IMG/VR virus record: IMGVR_UViG_3300029611_000001
Location: 25,067 to 89,066 of that record
Source: a virus
Lineage: Duplodnaviria; Heunggongvirae; Uroviricota; Caudoviricetes
Length of the DNA stretch: 64,000 nt
Direction: 5' to 3' (one strand)
Below the pieces are notes generated by a model. The model had not been told where the DNA came from and made no database searches. It saw only the letters and a list, made by a program, of their open reading frames with translations. Of the stretch, positions 60,134 to 64,000 are shown piece after piece. The position numbers and the translations under genes are program-made. Within the stretch, counting starts at the first letter, position 1. Each line of letters starts with the position of its first letter.

Positions 60134-60475
60134 TTATGGTATTATTTGACTGTATGCAGACTTTTCCATGTACACAACACTATGTTCCTGTCCAAGTATT
60201 TTCTTTGCTGCTTCTTTCTTTATCGCGCAATATCTCCCTGTACGATACGGATTCTTTTGATCTGATCCATCCTCGACTTCGATAATAAAACAACCTCCGT
60301 CATCTATTATCTTTTTGCAATTGTCACATATTTCTCCCGTGCATATATGATGCGGCGCCTGCCCTTTGATGTTATTCCCTAATAAAGCAATCCCCATCTC
60401 TTCGCCACATATCATGCAGACTTCTATAGACGGATTCAATCCGTGTTCTGGATGTAATGTAATACCATCTTTCAT
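60134..60475 (-). CDS. Zinc-ribbon protein (113 aa)
   Basis: CMICGEEM...CTGEICDNC. Confidence 0.5.
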   Translation of the reverse strand: MKDGITLHPEHGLNPSIEVCMICGEEMGIALLGNNIKGQAPHHICTGEICDNCKKIIDDGGCFIIEVEDGSDQKNPYRTGRYCAIKKEAAKKILGQEHSVVYMEKSAYSQIIP

Positions 60476-60876
60476 TTTCTTTCCTCCTTCATTAATTCTA
60501 TTATAAACTTTTTATCTTGTTCCCACAATGGCAGCCCTTCTTTTACTGTGTATGCCACTGTTTCCCTCTCTCCTATTAATCGCACGGCAATCTCTCTTGC
60601 TTTCAAGTCATCCTCCTCATGCGATTTATTTATTAAATCATAGGCACATGATTCCACCTTTTGCCTTTCGATTATTATCGAACCCATTAACTCGCTTATA
60701 TACGATCCTAAAAACGATAAGACATTAATAGCTTTCCCAATATCATTTGAAATAGCACTTGCTAAATACATCTTATCCATATACTCCGGCAAAGCCTCGT
60801 ATGCCGTTTCTATGTTTTTATACTGATTTTCGTTTACCTCCCTTTTAATCAGTTCTTCAAATTCTTCTTTTAACAT
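60472..60876 (-). CDS. Hypothetical protein (134 aa)
   Basis: ORF. Confidence 0.5.
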   Translation of the reverse strand: MLKEEFEELIKREVNENQYKNIETAYEALPEYMDKMYLASAISNDIGKAINVLSFLGSYISELMGSIIIERQKVESCAYDLINKSHEEDDLKAREIAVRLIGERETVAYTVKEGLPLWEQDKKFIIELMKEERK

Positions 60877-60898
60877 GTTCTTCCCTATTTTAATGTTG

Positions 60899-60990
60899 TG
60901 TGAGATCGCCGGAATCGAACCAGCCTACCGCACCATGAATCCCATAAAGCAAATGCTCCGATCTTCGCAGACGGGAGCATTCTGTCTAAA
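60899..60990 (-). tRNA. tRNA-like element with canonical T-arm (GGTTCGATTCC) and acceptor 3' strand; close paralog of the 59650 element
   Basis: Plus strand TGTGAGATCGCCGGAATCGAACCAGC; a possible acceptor partner TGGGATT lies only about 25 nt upstream, which would give a minihelix-like fold. Confidence 0.4.
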
Positions 60991-61459
60991 GCATAAGAAA
61001 ATTAATGAAGAAATTTTTCTCACTTACGCCATAGCATCTAAAATAGCTATCAGCACTATTTCTATGACAAACATAATAAAAAATATCTTAAATGCCTTTT
61101 TCATATCGCTATCTCCTCCTTCTTCTTTATGTTTATAGTTCTTCTATATAGGCCCTCTCCGGTCGTAATATTCTGTGCGCTTACACTAATACGAACACAG
61201 TCCTTTAACCAACTCGGTCTGTGTTTAAGCAATTCTTTAGCACTCGTTCTTAATATCATCTCTTTGGCATCTGATACCGGCATAGACCTGTTGCTTATTA
61301 GTCTACTACTTTTCGAACCTGTAGAAGATACCCAATTTATCCAAATATAATGTATTGTTCTTTCCATCTTTTTTCTTTTTACGTTCCACAATAAACTGTC
61401 CTGGCTCTGCTCCGACCTACGTTCCACCTACAACCGCAGGCCTTAGCCCAAGGCGCCGC

Positions 61460-61720
61460 CTACTCCCCCTCTATGGCAGCCTGTTCGTACCTACAAAGCC
61501 AGTCTCCATCTACACAACTATCACTACGCGATAATAAACATTTATCCTTATAACAATCATAAAAAATACACCTATCACAACTGTAATCCTTAACGTCTAC
61601 ACAGCTAACTACCTTAGCATATACTATACCATCACTGCCTTCTATTCCTTTCACCCCAAAAATAGAACCTTCTACCTCCTTACTCAAATCTAAGTCAGGC
61701 GCAAAATCATATACGTTCAT
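61460..61720 (-). CDS. Cys-rich hypothetical protein (86 aa)
   Basis: ORF; CDRCIFYDCYKDKC. Confidence 0.45.
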   Translation of the reverse strand: MNVYDFAPDLDLSKEVEGSIFGVKGIEGSDGIVYAKVVSCVDVKDYSCDRCIFYDCYKDKCLLSRSDSCVDGDWLCRYEQAAIEGE

Positions 61721-61760
61721 GTTGTTTATATTTTAATTGTTAAACATTTCACTTACTACC

Positions 61761-61935
61761 AGCCTATGGAATGATGTTTTAAAACGCTATCATACTTTAT
61801 TTTGTTGGAAAACCTACAGAATACTGTTTTAAAACGCTGTAAGTCTTAATTTTGTTGGAAAACCTACAGAATACTGTTTTAAAACGCTGTAAGTCTTAAT
61901 TTTGTTGGAAGAGAGTCTTAATTTTGTTGGAAGAG
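61761..61935. repeat. Tandem 50-bp iterons (about 3.5 copies; two perfect copies of AACCTACAGAATACTGTTTTAAAACGCTGTAAGTCTTAATTTTGTTGGAA, plus a 22-bp sub-repeat)
   Basis: Perfect copies at 61811-61860 and 61861-61910; degenerate copy at 61761-61810. Confidence 0.85.
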
Positions 61936-62140
61936 AGTGCCCTACCCCTCCCTCTCTCCAACTCCCGCTAATCCTCCGGCTTTCCGCATAGAACCCACGC
62001 CCTACCGCCTCACTACCGGCATACGGAGAGCGCTACAAGCTTATACTCTGGCATGAAGTGTGGGGTGTTTAGAGATAATATCATTCCATAGAGAGAATAG
62101 AGAGTCTTCAGCCCACGCCCTACCGCCTGCTCCTCCTATC
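61936..62140. ncRNA. GC-rich structured element with internal direct repeat CCCACGCCCTACCGCC (x2); candidate small RNA or origin structure
   Basis: Sharp local GC rise in an AT-rich non-coding region; repeats at about 61992 and 62112; ATCATTCCATAG at 62080 is the inverted partner of CTATGGAATGAT at 61764. Confidence 0.3.
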
Positions 62141-62657
62141 AAGATAGATATTCAGACCTATAATCAAAGCCAGAAACAAAAAGCAAAAAACCATCACGAT
62201 ATTATACTGATCTGGTCCGTACTCTAACATAGAACGGATACCAACCGATAAAAAATACAGGTCAGATACTAATAAAAACCACCACATAAAATAAAAAATT
62301 TACAATAAGTATGTCCGAAAATACGGGTATTATAAAACATAACTAATTGATAATCAAGCATACCTCATTTTTAAGAAAAATACAATAAGCCTGATTTTCA
62401 ATCTATAGAGATGAAAAAGGCGGCATCCGACACCCTATTTTGGGTCAGAAAACCGCCTCAAGTTTCGTTTTAGACCAATTTTAACGACATGATATAGACA
62501 AAATACCGGCATTATATCCAAACTATCCTATTTTAGTTTCGTTTTAGACCAATATGGCACATATCCGCCGTTCACTCTCAGAATACCTACCCGTAAATAG
62601 AAAGAGTAGGATACGAAAATAGGGCTGCTCCGACGTTCGGAACAACCCTACTCCTAT

Positions 62658-62864
62658 TTAAATGCTGTTTATGTTTTCCTTGACGTATGTTCGTGATGTA
62701 TGAACTTTACGCTTGCATTTGTCCTTTCCTGTATCGGCATGATACGCTTCTTTGAGATCACGATACAACATAAATTCACGATACGCTCTTTTCCGCTTTT
62801 CTTTAGCTTCTTTCCTGGACAGACCGCGAACGTCTACCATGTGAGATTTAAATTTCCTTTCCAT
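62658..62864 (-). CDS. Basic hypothetical protein (68 aa)
   Basis: ORF. Confidence 0.45.
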   Translation of the reverse strand: MERKFKSHMVDVRGLSRKEAKEKRKRAYREFMLYRDLKEAYHADTGKDKCKRKVHTSRTYVKENINSI

Positions 62865-62886
62865 TTTCTTTATGCTTTAATTATGA

Positions 62887-63057
62887 TTAACCCCAGCGGT
62901 TAAGTGCTTCAATATAGAAACCTTCCGCCTCTTTGTACTCACTTTCGCTTAGTGCTTCAACCGTCTCGATATAGTTACGCAATGTTATTTTTACGCAACT
63001 GTTTTTAGATTTATTGAACGCTTCAGTTAAAGCGTTGATCATTGCTTTCTTTCCCAT
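62887..63057 (-). CDS. Small hypothetical protein (start trimmed to MGKKAM)
   Basis: ORF 62887-63108 trimmed so it does not overlap the tRNA-like motif. Confidence 0.4.
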   Translation of the reverse strand: MGKKAMINALTEAFNKSKNSCVKITLRNYIETVEALSESEYKEAEGFYIEALNRWG

Positions 63058-63082
63058 GTTATTATATTGTTTATAATTTAGA

Positions 63083-63165
63083 GGTTGCTCCGGAATCGAA
63101 CCGAACACGCATTCCTATTCTATACGAATTTTATGCTACAACCAACAGCCCGTAATTAGTACGTA
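63083..63165 (-). tRNA. tRNA-like element with canonical T-arm (GGTTCGATTCC); possibly the 3' portion of a tRNA whose 5' part is separated by the structured region 63160-63640
   Basis: Plus strand AGGTTGCTCCGGAATCGAACCGAAC; a partial acceptor partner GGTTGTA lies about 55 nt upstream. Confidence 0.35.
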
Positions 63166-63640
63166 GTTCTTGTGTACAGGCCCGTACTATGTTGTTATTA
63201 TATTTTCCGTCTGCTACACAACTTAGCCACAAATAAAGGCGATTGTGTCCTTGCGTTTTGATACGGCACGTCCCTACATGGTAGGCTACATGCTTGTACC
63301 CTGTAATTTAATCTACAGCCTTGTTCTATTTTCCGTGTAAGCAAGTAAGACACGTTTCGATCTGGAGATAAACCGCGTACAAAGGTATGTCTTCCAAACT
63401 GTACCAACATACCTAACATGAACCACACCTATTCGGGTGATTCATGCAGTAATACCAGCCCTTTAATTGCCAACGGCAAGGGCAAAGGTATATCTATCTC
63501 CAATATGTAAAATAACTCTTTGCTTGTCAGCTTCGGTCTAAAGCATACGCGGGACGTGCACCCACTGACAACGGCATACAGGCGCGTTTAACGGTACGCG
63601 TCAAACCTTTGGAGAGCTTAACTGCGCTCTCCGTGCCTTG

Positions 63641-63964
63641 TTACTGCTGGTTGCTTTCATGTGCGAGGTATTCACTTACACACTTTGCGATGGTACGGAT
63701 TGAGTAAGAAGCGATTCGTGTCGCTACATAAGTAGCTCTATACTCGTCGGTTTCACGAGTGAGCCACTTTGCGCTGTTCTTACCTTCCAAAGGTTCGGGT
63801 GAAGCAAACCCAAAAGGTTTATACTCTTCACCGTAGGCGATATTTTTCACCTCTTTATTCTCGATACCTTTTTCCTTATTAACCTTACCATCTTTGTATA
63901 TTTTAGAATACAAGGTAAATTTTACGAAGGTATCGCCAACCTTTGGTAACATTTGGCTACACAC
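63641..63964 (-). CDS. Hypothetical protein (107 aa)
   Basis: ORF. Confidence 0.5.
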   Translation of the reverse strand: MCSQMLPKVGDTFVKFTLYSKIYKDGKVNKEKGIENKEVKNIAYGEEYKPFGFASPEPLEGKNSAKWLTRETDEYRATYVATRIASYSIRTIAKCVSEYLAHESNQQ

Positions 63965-64000
63965 GGCTACCAGGCGTTTTTTATCTTTAGCGAGAGATGC

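Noticed and set aside
60875-61138. Plus-strand 87-aa ORF
   Set aside because: It overlaps the tRNA-like T-arm element on the opposite strand and lies in a minus-strand block. It is likely a non-coding artefact.
61761-61935. CRISPR array
   Set aside because: The repeats are directly tandem with no unique spacers of regular length, so this is an iteron or satellite-like array, not CRISPR.

Overview
Low-GC (~35%) segment with no Shine-Dalgarno signals and Bacteroidota-style TAnnTTTG promoter boxes. It looks like part of a large dsDNA phage genome (crAss-like or jumbo-phage architecture). Positions 1-22925 are a plus-strand block with giant ORFs (more than 1295 aa, truncated at the window start; 759 aa; 2148 aa), compositionally odd Gly/Cys- and Arg/Gly-rich proteins and many clean rho-independent terminators. 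These are probably virion, ejected or late genes. A bidirectional terminator at 22934-22963 marks a strand switch. Positions 22967-63964 are a minus-strand block of about 80 mostly small genes with a replication and nucleotide-metabolism core: SF2 helicase, Cas4/RecB-like Fe-S nuclease, DnaB-like helicase, zinc-ribbon primase, a second PD-(D/E)XK-like exonuclease and a dATP/dGTP diphosphohydrolase-like protein. Embedded in this block are three unusual items. (1) An NfeD-like (YqiJ) and flotillin/SPFH (YqiK) membrane pair next to an acyl-carrier-protein gene. (2) An accessory island of roughly 6.3 kb (46.6-53.0 kb) bracketed by two copies of a 45-bp element. It contains a Pol-beta-type nucleotidyltransferase, a phage Dam methyltransferase with no start codon that abuts the nucleotidyltransferase stop, a DUF1566-like protein, an ABC/AAA_21-type ATPase, a P63C antirepressor-like protein and an IS1595-family (ISXO2-like DDE) transposase. 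Host-like lipoprotein and outer-membrane beta-barrel genes follow. (3) Three tRNA-like T-arm plus acceptor motifs on the minus strand at 59.6-63.2 kb, interleaved with a 0.9-kb non-coding region carrying 50-bp tandem iterons, inverted repeats and a GC-rich structured element (candidate origin or regulatory RNA locus). No capsid, portal or terminase gene is recognisable by eye. All functional calls come from motifs read in the translations and have not been checked by database search.
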